Shown: piece by piece, positions 63,373-64,000 of the stretch | Layout: each line of letters opens with the position of its first letter | Position numbering within the stretch: the stretch's first letter is position 1 | From: Oikopleura dioica | Lineage: Eukaryota > Animalia > Chordata | Assembly (NCBI GenBank): GCA_907165135.1 | Contig: OU015566.1 | Coordinates: 2,852,001 to 2,916,000 of the forward strand | Length of the DNA stretch: 64,000 nt | Direction: 5' to 3' | Program-made: the position numbers and the translations under genes | Notes under the pieces: model-generated | What the model saw: the letters and a program-made list of their open reading frames with translations, nothing else | Databases searched by the model: none | What the model was told of the DNA's origin: nothing

Positions 63373-64000
63373 ACGCTCTTATCATTCCAACTCGTCGTTT
63401 ATTTTTTCCGAGATTGATGGTTTTAGTGAAGGTCATTTTTGAGTAAATATTCTGAAGCTTCTTTGTCGCATTCTTCCTCTATTTCAGCGTATATTTCTGC
63501 TGTTATTTCATCGCCATACGCATCCAATTTCTCTGAAAAATGAAGCTTAACCTTAGCCGGTCAAGGTACTCCAATTTTGGATCATGGGTCATTCGATCGC
63601 ATTTAGCTTCAAAAGTTGAGGAAAAAATTTTATTTGAAATTCACTTTGAGGAGTATTTTTCGATCGCCTTTCGACTGGTAGGGGTTTTAACCCGTTTCAG
63701 ATTGACCAAAATGTTGGCAGAGCCTCATTTTCACGAGAACTCAAGGCTCCATATATGGCGCCGGGTAATAAAAGGAGGTACTCCATATATGGCGTCCTTT
63801 GACCGGTACCCGAGCTTTTTCCCGGCAGCGGGCCGATAAGTTTTTCTCGAAATAGATATTATAAAACTAGTTTTTTTTTTCATAATAATGATAAAATATG
63901 ATTTTCATCCGGAAAACAAGCAGAAAAAAGCATTATTTAGCGTTTTTCATCCGAAATCAGTTTTTGACTTTTTTCTCGTCAATGATCATCAGCGAGAAAA

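Noticed and set aside
63545-63830. Short repeats CCATATATGGCG and CCGGTCAA(A)GG suggesting a transposon
   Set aside because: Terminal repeats too weak and no TSD identified.

Overview
Gene-dense eukaryotic DNA with very short (mostly 40-60 nt) introns, several GC-AG and one probable GA-AG donor, and many lineage-specific secreted proteins. This pattern fits the appendicularian tunicate Oikopleura dioica (inference, not database-checked). Recognisable genes: a class A GPCR 3' end, an EF-hand protein, LARP6, a GNAT acetyltransferase, SPMIP1/ATP6V1FNB-like, two trypsins, troponin T, TMEM106, a VWA-collagen, SDR42E1-like, a claudin-like, an ankyrin protein and two C2H2 zinc-finger genes. Most striking: a Ser/Thr-type kinase ORF (36851-39108) that splices in frame, via GC-AG micro-introns missed by the ORF track, into a papain-fold cysteine protease domain with Gln/Cys/His/Asn catalytic motifs intact. 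Also notable: a stand-alone VPS4-type MIT-domain gene, zinc finger plus degenerate chromo-like tandem paralogs, LARP6 with a PAM2-like motif, a CCP-EGF-LRR protein, a b/b'-only PDI, a PLA2-fold pseudoenzyme, a cystine-knot-like orphan and several non-autonomous DNA transposons with diagnostic TSDs. Gene models were spliced by eye; boundaries marked approximate are uncertain.
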